DNA from: Patescibacteria group bacterium
GTDB lineage: Bacteria > Patescibacteriota > Patescibacteriia > UBA1558 > GWA2-36-10
DNA: 64,000 nucleotides
Direction: 5' to 3'
Assembly (NCBI GenBank): GCA_018819405.1
Contig: JAHJQF010000001.1
Span: 753,469 to 817,468 of the forward strand
Position numbers and translations under genes: made by a program. Below the pieces are notes generated by a model. That model saw nothing but the letters and a program-made list of their open reading frames with translations, was not told where the DNA came from and made no database searches. Every line of letters starts with the position of its first letter. Positions within the stretch are counted from its first letter, which is position 1. Shown here piece by piece: positions 40,881 to 50,751 of the stretch.

Positions 40881-41903
40881 TCATTTATCAACTATCTTAT
40901 CAATTAGTATTATATAATCATTAACTGCGTTTTTTGGGAAGAGGCCTGACAAATTGCGACCCAAGCCAAGGCGCAACTCCTCTTTGGTCAAAATCTTGTC
41001 CAAATACCTATCCATAATCTGCGGATTGCCTTCGCGAACCATCAAAGAAGCATTACGCTTGGCCAAAAAGCTGGCATTTCTCTCCTGATGTGAATGCGGC
41101 ATGGGGATGAGTATCAAAGCTTTTTTTAAGGACGCGGCTTCTGAAATAAGCGACATCCCAGCACGCGATATTATAATATCAGCTTGAGACAAAAGATTGA
41201 CCATGCCCTGTTCTATGAATTTATAAGGAAGATAATTATCAAATTTTAATCTCTGATCCCAATTACTAGCGCCCAAGACATGATGCACTTCATAATACTC
41301 AAGCAGCTTGGGTACAAAAGGGGCTACAAACTTGTTTAGACCACGAGCACCAATTCCTCCGCCAGTAATCACTACTACAGGTTTTTGTCTGGTCTCTGTT
41401 TGATTTTCAATCGTCGGATTGCCAGTCACTACTACTTTGCTGTGCTTAAAATCTTTTTCCTGCTCTTTAAAAATCACACTAATTTTTTTGGCTACTGGCG
41501 CCATGAGTTTGTTGGCCAGACCAACAGTGATATCTTGCTGATGGACAATAACTGGCACTCTCAGCAACCAAGCAGCCCAAGCAACTGGCACGGCCACAAA
41601 ACTACCAGCAGTAAGTATAATATCTGGACGAAACTTTATAATTATTTTTATACTCTGAAAAAATCCTAATTTTATTTTGAAAATATCTACAAAATTCTGC
41701 CAAGAAAAATAGCGTCTAAGCTTACCACTTTTAATGGCTACAAAATCAATATTATGTTTAGCAATTATTTTTCTTTCTGGCCCATTTTCAGTACAGACAA
41801 AAAGATAATCAGCCAAATATTTGTCGGCTACTGCCAAAAGCGGACTGACTGAACCCAGTGTACCACCACCTGCTAATATTATTTTTTTTCTTTTATTTTC
41901 CAT
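40881..41903 (-). CDS. murG: Undecaprenyl-PP-MurNAc-pentapeptide GlcNAc transferase
   Basis: AGGGTLG, GKLRRY, GLANK, TGNP, SRAG, HQERNA; start set at MENK because 41915 lies in a REP. Confidence 0.93.
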   Translation of the reverse strand: MENKRKKIILAGGGTLGSVSPLLAVADKYLADYLFVCTENGPERKIIAKHNIDFVAIKSGKLRRYFSWQNFVDIFKIKLGFFQSIKIIIKFRPDIILTAGSFVAVPVAWAAWLLRVPVIVHQQDITVGLANKLMAPVAKKISVIFKEQEKDFKHSKVVVTGNPTIENQTETRQKPVVVITGGGIGARGLNKFVAPFVPKLLEYYEVHHVLGASNWDQRLKFDNYLPYKFIEQGMVNLLSQADIIISRAGMSLISEAASLKKALILIPMPHSHQERNASFLAKRNASLMVREGNPQIMDRYLDKILTKEELRLGLGRNLSGLFPKNAVNDYIILIDKIVDK

Positions 41904-41910
41904 TTCTATT

Positions 41911-41975
41911 GTCATTCTGAATTTGATTCAGAATCTATATATTTTACTAAGATCCTAAAATAAATTCAGGACGAC
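41911..41975. repeat. REP-like element (GTCATTCTGAA family)
   Basis: gtcattctgaatttgattcagaatct ... agatcctaaaataaattcaggacgac. Confidence 0.75.
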
Positions 41976-41991
41976 GAATTGATTTATCAAA

Positions 41992-43146
41992 TCATCTATT
42001 AGTATATTTAGAAATATTTGCCAAAATACCCATAGCCAATAAAGTAACCACTAAGTTGGTGCCACCTAGTGATATAAATGGCAGCGGCACTCCGGTAAGT
42101 GGCATCAGCTTGAGCATGCCAGAAATATTTATAAAAATCTGCAAAGATACCCATATAGTAATACCAATGGCAATTAACTTGGCAAAACTATCATCAGAAT
42201 TTTTGGCAATCTGAAACCCGCGATACATCAATACAGCAAACAATATAATAAGAGCCAGAGTAAATATAAAACCAATTTCTTCGGAAATGACCGCAAAAAT
42301 AGAATCATTGGCCGGCTGAGGTAAGTATGATTTTTGTCTAGATGCACCAAGTCCCAAGCCAAACCATCCACCAGAACCAATGGCGATCAAAGACTGCTTG
42401 ATTTGCCAACCAATACCCTGAGGATCAAGGTCAGGATTTATCCAAGCACTAATTCTACTCATCCTATAAGGAGCAGCCTTGACCATGGCCACAAAAGCCA
42501 AACTAGCAACTGAAATAATTGTCAAAAAATGTTTCCAACTAGCACCAGCTACAAAATACATAGCCAGTGAAGTCAAAGCAATGATACTAAGCGTACCAAT
42601 ATCTGGCTGTTTGATAATCATCAGACTAATAATCAATAAAATAACCACAAAAGGTATAGTAGTAGAAAGATTTTTTATGTCTTTACCCTTTTTACTAAAC
42701 CAGCCAGCCAAAAACATAATCATAAAAAGCTTGACCAACTCAGAAGGCTGAAAAACAAAACCACCCAATCGAATCCATGATTGAGCACTATACTCACCAT
42801 CTAGGCTAGTAAAAAAAACCAAAATTAACAAAAGAAAAGAGCCAAATAACCCCAACCAGGCAATACCCAGATAGCGTTCATATTTTATCCTAATAGCTAT
42901 ATAAAAAAGAAATAACCCTGGCAGCAAACCATGTATAATCTGCTGTTTTACAAATTTATAAGTATCACCATATTTGTAAAAACCCAAAGTAGAAGAAGCT
43001 GATGATAAAAATATCATACCAAAAAATAAAAGTAATCCCACACAAACCAAAAGCACAAAATCAGGCTGGTGATCATGTCCACGATTGGAGAGAAATGGCT
43101 TTATCAGCCAATGTAAAAAATTATTTCTTCTTTTTTTTATCAGCAT
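41992..43146 (-). CDS. ftsW: SEDS protein FtsW
   Basis: FQPSELVK, QPDIGT, AIGSGG, DSIFAVISEEIG, PLTGVPLPFIS; dcw context. Confidence 0.93.
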   Translation of the reverse strand: MLIKKRRNNFLHWLIKPFLSNRGHDHQPDFVLLVCVGLLLFFGMIFLSSASSTLGFYKYGDTYKFVKQQIIHGLLPGLFLFYIAIRIKYERYLGIAWLGLFGSFLLLILVFFTSLDGEYSAQSWIRLGGFVFQPSELVKLFMIMFLAGWFSKKGKDIKNLSTTIPFVVILLIISLMIIKQPDIGTLSIIALTSLAMYFVAGASWKHFLTIISVASLAFVAMVKAAPYRMSRISAWINPDLDPQGIGWQIKQSLIAIGSGGWFGLGLGASRQKSYLPQPANDSIFAVISEEIGFIFTLALIILFAVLMYRGFQIAKNSDDSFAKLIAIGITIWVSLQIFINISGMLKLMPLTGVPLPFISLGGTNLVVTLLAMGILANISKYTNR

Positions 43147-44533
43147 TTATCAGGCTATCAAATTGTCGAGCCCTATCAAATTCATTGACAAACATATTAA
43201 AACTGGCCGCAGCCGGAGAAAACAATAAAACATTATTGCAAACACTCTTGGTCATAGCCAGTTGATAAGCTTGTTTAAGACTTTTAATATTAAAGACGGC
43301 TCTTTTTTTATTAAAATTTATTTTTTTGAGTTCTTTGATAAGTTTTTGACTGCCGCTACCCTCTAGCAATAACAGAAAATTTACTTGTTTTTTTATTTTC
43401 TTGGCCAAATTTTTATAATCGAGATTTTTGTCTTCACCACCAGCTATTAGTATTACATTTTTATCCTTAAAAGAATCAATAGCCACTATAGTAGCGTCTG
43501 GTGTAGTAGAGGTAGAATCATTATAAACATCTAAATCATTTATGCTAGCCTTATATTCCAAACGATAATCAATCCCCCAAAAATTTCTAACTGCTTTGAT
43601 AATATTTTCATTTTTGATACCCACAATCTTGGCCACTGTGATAGCGGCTAACACATTGGATAGATTATGCTGCCCTGGCAACTTGATATCAGAGACAGGC
43701 ATTACAACTTGCCTTCCCTTTCCTTTGGAAAAACAAATATTGTCCTTATCAATATAAGCGCCCTTAACTTTCTTTTTGAGGGAATAAAAATATACTTTAC
43801 CTGGACAATGTTTTCTAAAAGAATAACTGTGCGGATTGTCAGCATTTAATACTGCCTTATCGTCTTCTAGTTGAAAATTTACTATATTTTGTTTGGCTTT
43901 TTTATAGGCATAAAAATTACCATATCTATCAAGATGATCTACAAGTACATTTGTCACCACAGCAATATGTGGTGAGACTTTGTAATCACCCATCCTCTCC
44001 AAATGCCAACTGGAGAGCTCTACTACAGGCAAGGATTTTACTTTTAGCTTGCCCAAGACCTCAAACATTGGATTGGTGGCAATATTGCCGGTCACTACAT
44101 TAGATTTTATTTCTGTCTTCAAAATCTTGTGTATCAGGCTGGCAGTAGTGGATTTACCACGAGTACCTGTCACACCAATTGATGAGCCTGGATAAAGACC
44201 AAAAAACATCACCGCTTCATTGACAATTGGAATATTATTTTTTCTGGCGGCCAAAAGATAAGGTGAATTAGTGGCCACGCCAGGATTTTGGACTATCAGA
44301 TCTTGATCTTTAAAATCAACAAGATTGTGTCCACCTAATCTATATTTTATATTTAGAGAATTGGGAAATTTTTTAATTTTTTCTAAAGTAGGGCGTAGTT
44401 GACGGGCAGTTTTGATGTCAGTGATAGTTAGTATTGCCTTGTGTTTTAAAAGCCACTTAACCACAGCCAAAGCACCACCGTGAAGACCCAAACCCATTAT
44501 TAATATTTTTTTATCTTTAAATCTTTTTACCAT
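43121..44533 (-). CDS. murD: UDP-MurNAc-L-Ala--D-glutamate ligase
   Basis: GLGLHGG, VTGTRGKST, ELSSW, DHLDRY, NDSTSTT, SPAAASF. Confidence 0.95.
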   Translation of the reverse strand: MVKRFKDKKILIMGLGLHGGALAVVKWLLKHKAILTITDIKTARQLRPTLEKIKKFPNSLNIKYRLGGHNLVDFKDQDLIVQNPGVATNSPYLLAARKNNIPIVNEAVMFFGLYPGSSIGVTGTRGKSTTASLIHKILKTEIKSNVVTGNIATNPMFEVLGKLKVKSLPVVELSSWHLERMGDYKVSPHIAVVTNVLVDHLDRYGNFYAYKKAKQNIVNFQLEDDKAVLNADNPHSYSFRKHCPGKVYFYSLKKKVKGAYIDKDNICFSKGKGRQVVMPVSDIKLPGQHNLSNVLAAITVAKIVGIKNENIIKAVRNFWGIDYRLEYKASINDLDVYNDSTSTTPDATIVAIDSFKDKNVILIAGGEDKNLDYKNLAKKIKKQVNFLLLLEGSGSQKLIKELKKINFNKKRAVFNIKSLKQAYQLAMTKSVCNNVLLFSPAAASFNMFVNEFDRARQFDSLINADKKKKK

Positions 44534-45579
44534 AAACTCAAATCAATAACCGCTAAGATAAGACCTAATACGGCAAAAACTCCAGCGATTACCCAAAAAC
44601 GCATAACTACTTTTGTTTCTGGCCAACCTTTGGCTTCAAAATGATGATGAAGAGGGGCTGATAAAAATACTTTTTTCTTGCGGATTTTTTTTGATAATAT
44701 TTGAATAATAACTGACAAGGATTCCAAAAGCAGCAAAAAACCGATAATTGGCAAGAGCAAAGGATATCCGGTCAACATAGCGACTATACCAAGTGCTATC
44801 CCCAAAGACATTGCACCAGTATCGCCCATAAAAAATCTAGCTGGATTTATATTGAACCACAGAAAAGAAAGTAAAGCTCCTGATATCACTCCGCAAAAAG
44901 CTGCCAAATTGTAATCACCTTGGATAAAAGCAATAGTGCCATAAGCAGCAAAAGCTGCCAAAACTATACCACCGGCCAAGCCATCTAAACCATCAGCTTC
45001 ATTGACTGAAAAAGCTGTGGCAACAAGAATAAAAATAAAAAATGGAATAAACCACCAGCCCATTTCAAAAACTCCTAAAAAAGGTACTCTGACAACATCC
45101 CATTCCAATTTGTAATAAAACCACCAGGCACCAAACATAGCAATCAAAGTATAGATAAGCAGACGATGTTTGACGGTCAATCCTCCACCTTTACCTCCAC
45201 CCTGACGAGTGACATTGAACCAATCGTCAACCAAACCCACTAGAGCAGAAGCCACCAAAGCACCCAAAGGCAGATATGTTTCTCGACGGGTCAAAAAATT
45301 GAATGAAGCCAAAATAGAATCTGGCCAAACTTGGGAAATAATAAAAAATACTCCTGCCAAAATCAGCACTGTCATCCAAATCAGCACTCCGCCCATAGTT
45401 GGCGTACCGGCCTTGGTCTGATGCATTTGTGAAAAAATTGGTGTAGCTCCATCTTGACGGATATTTTTGACAAGTTTAAATTTATACAAAAAATGAGTCC
45501 AAGCAGGAGTGAGCATCATCGCTAGAGCAAATGATATAGTAGTTAGTGTCAAAACTTTGATAATGTCTAAAGCGGGCAT
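44527..45579 (-). CDS. mraY: Phospho-N-acetylmuramoyl-pentapeptide transferase
   Basis: KAGTPTMGG, GLVDD, DGLDGL, FMGDTG, APLHHHFE. Confidence 0.97.
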   Translation of the reverse strand: MPALDIIKVLTLTTISFALAMMLTPAWTHFLYKFKLVKNIRQDGATPIFSQMHQTKAGTPTMGGVLIWMTVLILAGVFFIISQVWPDSILASFNFLTRRETYLPLGALVASALVGLVDDWFNVTRQGGGKGGGLTVKHRLLIYTLIAMFGAWWFYYKLEWDVVRVPFLGVFEMGWWFIPFFIFILVATAFSVNEADGLDGLAGGIVLAAFAAYGTIAFIQGDYNLAAFCGVISGALLSFLWFNINPARFFMGDTGAMSLGIALGIVAMLTGYPLLLPIIGFLLLLESLSVIIQILSKKIRKKKVFLSAPLHHHFEAKGWPETKVVMRFWVIAGVFAVLGLILAVIDLSLW

Positions 45580-45599
45580 GATTTATTTTTATTTAAAAA

Positions 45600-45947
45600 T
45601 TATAAAATATTATACAAATAAAAAAATAAAAAACTGTGGCAAATAAAAATGGTAAAAATCAAAAAATAACTCAGAATACGAAAACGGGTCCACAGAAAAA
45701 CTGCTAAAAATATGTTGATAAGAGCCAAGACTAAAAAAATACCCGGGATAATATAAAGCCAATACCAGTAGCCCAAAATATCAATACCAGAATATACATT
45801 GTAGTGCAAAACAGATAGTTGATCTCTGGCCACTTTTCTAAATAAAAACAAACTCCAGTTGGCTAAAATAGACAAAATAGAGACATTTATCAGCCAAAAA
45901 GCTAGTTTGTCTTTATATAAGACCTTAGCCGTACGTAGTATTGCCAT
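45600..45947 (-). CDS. Hypothetical membrane protein (DUF1648-like LHYN motif)
   Basis: Three TM segments, VLHYNVYSGID. Confidence 0.65.
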   Translation of the reverse strand: MAILRTAKVLYKDKLAFWLINVSILSILANWSLFLFRKVARDQLSVLHYNVYSGIDILGYWYWLYIIPGIFLVLALINIFLAVFLWTRFRILSYFLIFTIFICHSFLFFYLYNIL

Positions 45948-46046
45948 ATAATATATTTATTTTACCACAAAATACTATAAAAAACCACCCCGCTATTTCA
46001 GCAATTATCAACAAAAAAGTCAATATTTTAGATTGTTTATTTATCA

Positions 46047-46075
46047 TTGACAAAATTACTAAAATATGATATAAT
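46047..46075 (+). promoter_or_regulatory. Perfect consensus sigma70 promoter of GC-rich cassette 2 (TTGACA-N14-TGa-TATAAT)
   Basis: ttgaca aaattactaaaatatga tataat. Confidence 0.85.
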
Positions 46076-46163
46076 ATTACATTCTGAGCTTAAGTTTTGC
46101 TCGGAACCACCGCTCTCCACTTTGGAGGGCACGCACACTACAACACATTCGAGGAGGAGCCTC

Positions 46164-46835
46164 ATGGCCCAGCGCACGATTATCAAGCCGACCATCGAGA
46201 CCATCACCGATCTCAACCAGATCAAGCACAGCAAGCCCTGGCACATCCATACTCTCGAGAACATCGTCATCCTGCAGCGCCACTGGCCCCACACGGCCAA
46301 CGTCAGCCGGCGCCGGTACATCCGCCTGGCCCGCAAGATCGGTGCCATGATGGACTATCTGCCGCTCGCCTGCGCGATGTCGAGCCCCGAACCCCGCGCC
46401 ATCGAGGCGGCGCTCGCCTTCCAGAACAAGCACACCAAGCGCGTGCCGATCCGGACCGATGACCGCCTGGGTGCCTTGTCCGGCGCCGATCCCGAACTGC
46501 TGGCCCAGATCAAGGCCGGCGCCAAGAGCCTCGGCGTCACCCCCGAGACCTTCATCCTGGAGAGCGTCGAGCTCACCGACCTGCGCAAGCAGCGTGGCAA
46601 CGAAGGCGCCGAAGCGGTTCTGGAGATGGTCGACGGCCACATGGGCAAGACCTTCCTGGTCACCAGCCACGGTGGCTCGCGCCTGGAGCTCACGATCGCA
46701 GCGCTCGTCGGCCGCGATCAGTGTGGCTACCCCTGCCAGATGCCCGAGGGCGCCATCTGCTTCCTCAGCTTCGACGACAAGCAGAACATCAACTTCGAGC
46801 ACTACCTGGTCTTCGACAACCGCCTCCTCCGTTAG
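46164..46835 (+). CDS. Histidine phosphatase superfamily (phosphoglycerate-mutase-like) protein, GC-rich cassette 2
   Basis: VILQRH (RH motif), SSPEPRAIEAA, FLVTSHGG; GAGGAGG SD; about 65% GC in a sampled line. Confidence 0.8.
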   Translation: MAQRTIIKPTIETITDLNQIKHSKPWHIHTLENIVILQRHWPHTANVSRRRYIRLARKIGAMMDYLPLACAMSSPEPRAIEAALAFQNKHTKRVPIRTDDRLGALSGADPELLAQIKAGAKSLGVTPETFILESVELTDLRKQRGNEGAEAVLEMVDGHMGKTFLVTSHGGSRLELTIAALVGRDQCGYPCQMPEGAICFLSFDDKQNINFEHYLVFDNRLLR

Positions 46836-46862
46836 CCGCCCCTCATCGGCGGTTGACAAACA

Positions 46863-46903
46863 AGCGGCGGTTCGCAAGTGTGCGAACCGCCGCTCTTTCT
46901 TTT
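46863..46903 (+). terminator. Intrinsic terminator of cassette 2
   Basis: agcggcggttcgca-agtg-tgcgaaccgccgct perfect 14-bp stem + ctttctttt. Confidence 0.9.
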
Positions 46904-46973
46904 GCCAATTTTGCCCAAGAGTGTAACGATTGGTGCAAAATTGAGCATCCCGCGAAGCAAAGCAAAGCGGGAT
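46904..46973. repeat. Two-hairpin intergenic repeat, copy 1
   Basis: gccaattttgcccaagagtgtaacgattggtgcaaaattgagcatcccgcgaagc...gcgggat; near-identical to 54426-54486. Confidence 0.8.
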
Positions 46974-46976
46974 TTT

Positions 46977-47204
46977 TTATTTTTTAGATTTCTTAAATAT
47001 CATAGCTGACAAAATAAAAGCAATGGTAAAAAATATTGCTCCATAAAAACATGGCTTCAAAAATGGATTGGTGATCCCCGGTGTACAGCCAAACTCATTA
47101 TTTTGATCAGCTAACCAAATTTTTAATTCGTAGCCAAAATTTCCCCAAGCAAATAATGTGCCTGCCAGTAGGATGTAAAATTGTGTGATAATTAATTTTT
47201 TCAT
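46977..47204 (-). CDS. Small two-TM protein with paired Cys (C..NPF..PCFYG)
   Basis: Two hydrophobic helices flanking a loop with two cysteines. Confidence 0.7.
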   Translation of the reverse strand: MKKLIITQFYILLAGTLFAWGNFGYELKIWLADQNNEFGCTPGITNPFLKPCFYGAIFFTIAFILSAMIFKKSKK

Positions 47205-47208
47205 TTGT

Positions 47209-48666
47209 TTATTTTAATCTTTTTATTATTCCCTGATTTGCGTCTACTTCTACTATATCACCATCCTTAAATACTTTTGTTGCAATTCTGGTGCCTATCA
47301 AACACGGCTTTTTCATTTCCCTGGCAACTATTGCCGCATGGGAAGTAATACCTCCTTGCTCTGTCACAAATGCTGCTGCTCGCTTCATAGCTGGTAATAG
47401 ATTAGGGTCAGTATAAATAGCCACCAAAATATCGCCCTCCTCTACTTTGTCTAAATCCTTGGGACCGTTGACTATTTTAACCACACCAGTCACTTTACCA
47501 AGAAAAGCCGCCTGCCCTTTGAGCTGATCACTGTCCTCTATCTTATCCTTAATAAAATCTTTCCTCAATATATCTAATTCATTTTTTGATAAAATAGATA
47601 ATTTGTCTGCCTCATAATACTGACAAAAAAAATCTTTTCTTTTTAAAATATTTTTATAATCAGACAAATTGCCAAATACTAAATCTTTGATTTCATCTTG
47701 GCCGGAATAATAAAAAGCGAGTTTTGGTATATCTAACTTTTGACTAAACTCCTCAAATAGTAGGTTTATCACATAACAAAAATAATATCTAATTCCTACA
47801 CGATAATTTTTAACATATGAAAAATCCCTAGCTACCGCAAAAGCAAACTTTTGATTTTTTTCCAATACTAATTGTTTTTCCAATTTTTCACGATCTTTTT
47901 TTATATTTAATAAATAGTCTTCATGTTCTTCTAGACTTTTGTCTGGATCTCCTTTGGATAATATTTCCTGAGCCCTTAAGACAAAATCATCTTCAGTCCA
48001 AGATGGCCCAATATATCCAAAGTTTATCCAATTATATTTTTTGGTATGTTTTTTAAATTCTATAGAATTTTTGAGATCTTCTATTTTTGAATATTTAACT
48101 AATAAAGCTATAAACTCTCTTTCTTCTTGCCAAAATATATTGGATTTTTCACTGGTAATCAGTTGATTTAATGTTTTAGAAATTTGATCCTGGCTGATTT
48201 TGTCTTTGAGAATATCTTCCAATCTGCTAGTCAAAAATCCGTGTTCTACATCACTTATTACTGCTACAAAACCTAATTCATTTAATTTTAAATAATTATA
48301 TACAACCTCATCAAACCAAATATTAAAATCGCTGGCTTTTAATTTACTAAAATCTTGTTTTATGATTTTGTCCAAACTACTTATTATTTTCTTACCATAA
48401 AACAAATGCTCATTTACCAAAGCATCTAAATCAAAAGTATTATTGAAGATATTATCAACTAATTTTGAACCCAGATTATTCCAGGCTGGCAAATCAGTAG
48501 CCCAATTGCCATCGCCATTTTCATAATAAACCAATTGATTTTTATAAGCTTTGCCCAGATATTTTTTTAAAATTTCAGAGACTGTAAAATCACGGCAAAT
48601 TGTCCACCAGACAAAATAATTAACTTCCTTTTCTTCAATTATTAATTTGAACTTGTTGTTTTTCAT
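47209..48666 (-). CDS. PEP-utiliser mobile (phospho-His swivel) domain protein, paralogue 1
   Basis: C-terminal GDILVAIYTDP...VTEQGGITSHAAIVARE..PCLIGT..ATK..KDGDIVEVDA; no ATP-grasp. Confidence 0.88.
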   Translation of the reverse strand: MKNNKFKLIIEEKEVNYFVWWTICRDFTVSEILKKYLGKAYKNQLVYYENGDGNWATDLPAWNNLGSKLVDNIFNNTFDLDALVNEHLFYGKKIISSLDKIIKQDFSKLKASDFNIWFDEVVYNYLKLNELGFVAVISDVEHGFLTSRLEDILKDKISQDQISKTLNQLITSEKSNIFWQEEREFIALLVKYSKIEDLKNSIEFKKHTKKYNWINFGYIGPSWTEDDFVLRAQEILSKGDPDKSLEEHEDYLLNIKKDREKLEKQLVLEKNQKFAFAVARDFSYVKNYRVGIRYYFCYVINLLFEEFSQKLDIPKLAFYYSGQDEIKDLVFGNLSDYKNILKRKDFFCQYYEADKLSILSKNELDILRKDFIKDKIEDSDQLKGQAAFLGKVTGVVKIVNGPKDLDKVEEGDILVAIYTDPNLLPAMKRAAAFVTEQGGITSHAAIVAREMKKPCLIGTRIATKVFKDGDIVEVDANQGIIKRLK

Positions 48667-50153
48667 AGTTTTTTAATTATTCCTCGGTCAGCATCCACCT
48701 CTATCATATCTCCGTCTTGTAAAATTTTAGTAGCAATTTTTGTCCCTACTACACAGGGAATATCCAATTCTCGAGAAACTATAGCTGCATGGCATGTAAT
48801 CCCCCCTTCATTAGTGACAATAGCAGTCGCTTTTTTAATTGCTGGCATTAAATCAGGGGTTGTAGCCTGTGATACCAGCACATCACCTTTATTCATTTTT
48901 TTCATATCTTCCATTTTATCTACAATTTTTACCCGCCCTTTTACCCGCCCTGCTTTAGCTGGCATACCTTTTATTTCTGATATATTTTTGTTTATTTTTT
49001 TATCTTCAGGAAACTCAAACAACTTCATTTTTTTGATTGCTGCCTGATCATAGTATTCCTCACGCTCGCCACTTCTATGAACAATCAAAAAATAATTAGC
49101 TATTCTTTTTTGAGCCAATGTTTTCAAATCTTTTTTATTTTCTATTTCATCTGAATAAAGATTCATAACTTCCAGAGTGGACAAGTTTAATCTTTCTCCT
49201 AGCTCTTTATAAATAAAACTAATATTATAACAAGCTTCCTGAAATTCATATTCTCTAATCCACTTATAATAACCAATATCAGCCACTAACTTAAAAATTC
49301 TTTCCTCCTGTTTATTAAGACCCAGTTCCGATACAGCCTTGACAAAATTATTCTGACTATATTCATCATAATTTTTTAGGTAGTCCAATCTTTTGAATAT
49401 ATTTGTGTTTAATTTCTCCAAAATCATATTGATATAATGATCCAAGTCCCAGCCCAACTCTCCAGCAAAATTGTAAGATAAATATCCGTGTTCTTGATGT
49501 ATTTGATTCAATTGATTTTCAAAATTATCCAAAATATCCTTAGCTTCTGCAAAATTTTTATCCTTGGCGATTTTGGCTAGCTCCAAAATTTTTATTTCCA
49601 AGTCTTGTGTCTTCATTTTATCCAATGGGCTAGTCAAATACATAAGATAATCAGCGAACCCGGACGGATTATCCTTGGTTTTATCTTTTAATATATTTTC
49701 CATTTGTTGATAAATAGGTGCCTGGTCAGTATAACCCATTAAAGTCGGCACCGTGCCGTATTTATAAAAATCAACAAACTTATTATCAAATTGGCGGCAA
49801 TAATCTACCAAATCACTTATATTTTTATCAGCCAAATTATTTTGCAAAATATTTTTTGTTAGAATATTCAATTCTTTGGCTTTTTTGTAAGCTGTTTTAA
49901 AAATATTATACAAGAAATCCGAATCTTTTTGCGAGCGCCTAAATAAATCGTCCATAGTACTTATTATCTCTTTCATGGAATAAATATAAGCTGAACGACC
50001 ATTTTGAAAAAAACTTATAGATTTCGTCATTTGATTGTCAGGAAAAACCTCGGTAAAATCTCTGACTGTCCCCAAACCAACTACATACATAAGATTTGGA
50101 GTGTATGGCCTGTCTTTAAAAATATAAATATATTGTTCTCTGTTTTTAGTCAT
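48663..50153 (-). CDS. PEP-utiliser mobile domain protein, paralogue 2
   Basis: [26 protein letters not shown]. Confidence 0.88.
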   Translation of the reverse strand: MTKNREQYIYIFKDRPYTPNLMYVVGLGTVRDFTEVFPDNQMTKSISFFQNGRSAYIYSMKEIISTMDDLFRRSQKDSDFLYNIFKTAYKKAKELNILTKNILQNNLADKNISDLVDYCRQFDNKFVDFYKYGTVPTLMGYTDQAPIYQQMENILKDKTKDNPSGFADYLMYLTSPLDKMKTQDLEIKILELAKIAKDKNFAEAKDILDNFENQLNQIHQEHGYLSYNFAGELGWDLDHYINMILEKLNTNIFKRLDYLKNYDEYSQNNFVKAVSELGLNKQEERIFKLVADIGYYKWIREYEFQEACYNISFIYKELGERLNLSTLEVMNLYSDEIENKKDLKTLAQKRIANYFLIVHRSGEREEYYDQAAIKKMKLFEFPEDKKINKNISEIKGMPAKAGRVKGRVKIVDKMEDMKKMNKGDVLVSQATTPDLMPAIKKATAIVTNEGGITCHAAIVSRELDIPCVVGTKIATKILQDGDMIEVDADRGIIKKL

Positions 50154-50751
50154 TGAGCAAACTGGTCAAATATTTTCTAAAATCCTTAAAATTTTTATAC
50201 AGATAAGTATGAATACCCAGCTTCTTGGCATTTGGCAGATTAAAATACTGATCATCTACAAAAAATACCTCGTCTGCTTTGACTTTGTATTTTTTCAAGA
50301 CATACTTAAAAGTCTTAGCAGATCCTTTTGATAATTTTAGATCATAAGTGTTTATCAAATCAAAATGTTTTTTGAGCTGATATTTATTTACGACATATTT
50401 GAACTGACCGGTTGTATTTTTAGAAAGAAGTAGTATTTTATATTCCTTATTTTGAAGTGATTTAGCAAAATTAAAAACTGACTTATTGATATGTTGAAAA
50501 GAAAGATGTTTAGATCTAAATATTTTCCAATCTTCTTTCATACCAATTTCTTTGGCGGCTAGCTCAAAGGATTGTCTTTCAGTTATCTTGCCGAGGGATG
50601 CCGGAGTAAAATATTTGTGATAGACAATATCATAGCAAATATCAAAATCTATTTTGTATTTGCGACTAATCCACCGACAAGTTTCCTTGTAGCTGCCGAC
50701 ACTCATCACACCATATAGATCTATAATAATTAGCTTTATTTTTGGTTTCAT
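50146..50751 (-). CDS. HAD-superfamily hydrolase (YihX-like)
   Basis: IIDLYGV motif I, LLSKN, K, FVDD motif. Confidence 0.85.
   Translation of the reverse strand: MKPKIKLIIIDLYGVMSVGSYKETCRWISRKYKIDFDICYDIVYHKYFTPASLGKITERQSFELAAKEIGMKEDWKIFRSKHLSFQHINKSVFNFAKSLQNKEYKILLLSKNTTGQFKYVVNKYQLKKHFDLINTYDLKLSKGSAKTFKYVLKKYKVKADEVFFVDDQYFNLPNAKKLGIHTYLYKNFKDFRKYLTSLLND

Noticed and set aside
46077-46877. 266-aa minus-strand ORF and other overlapping frames in cassette 2
   Set aside because: Shadow ORFs expected from strong GC3 bias; the plus frame has the promoter, SD, terminator and catalytic motifs.
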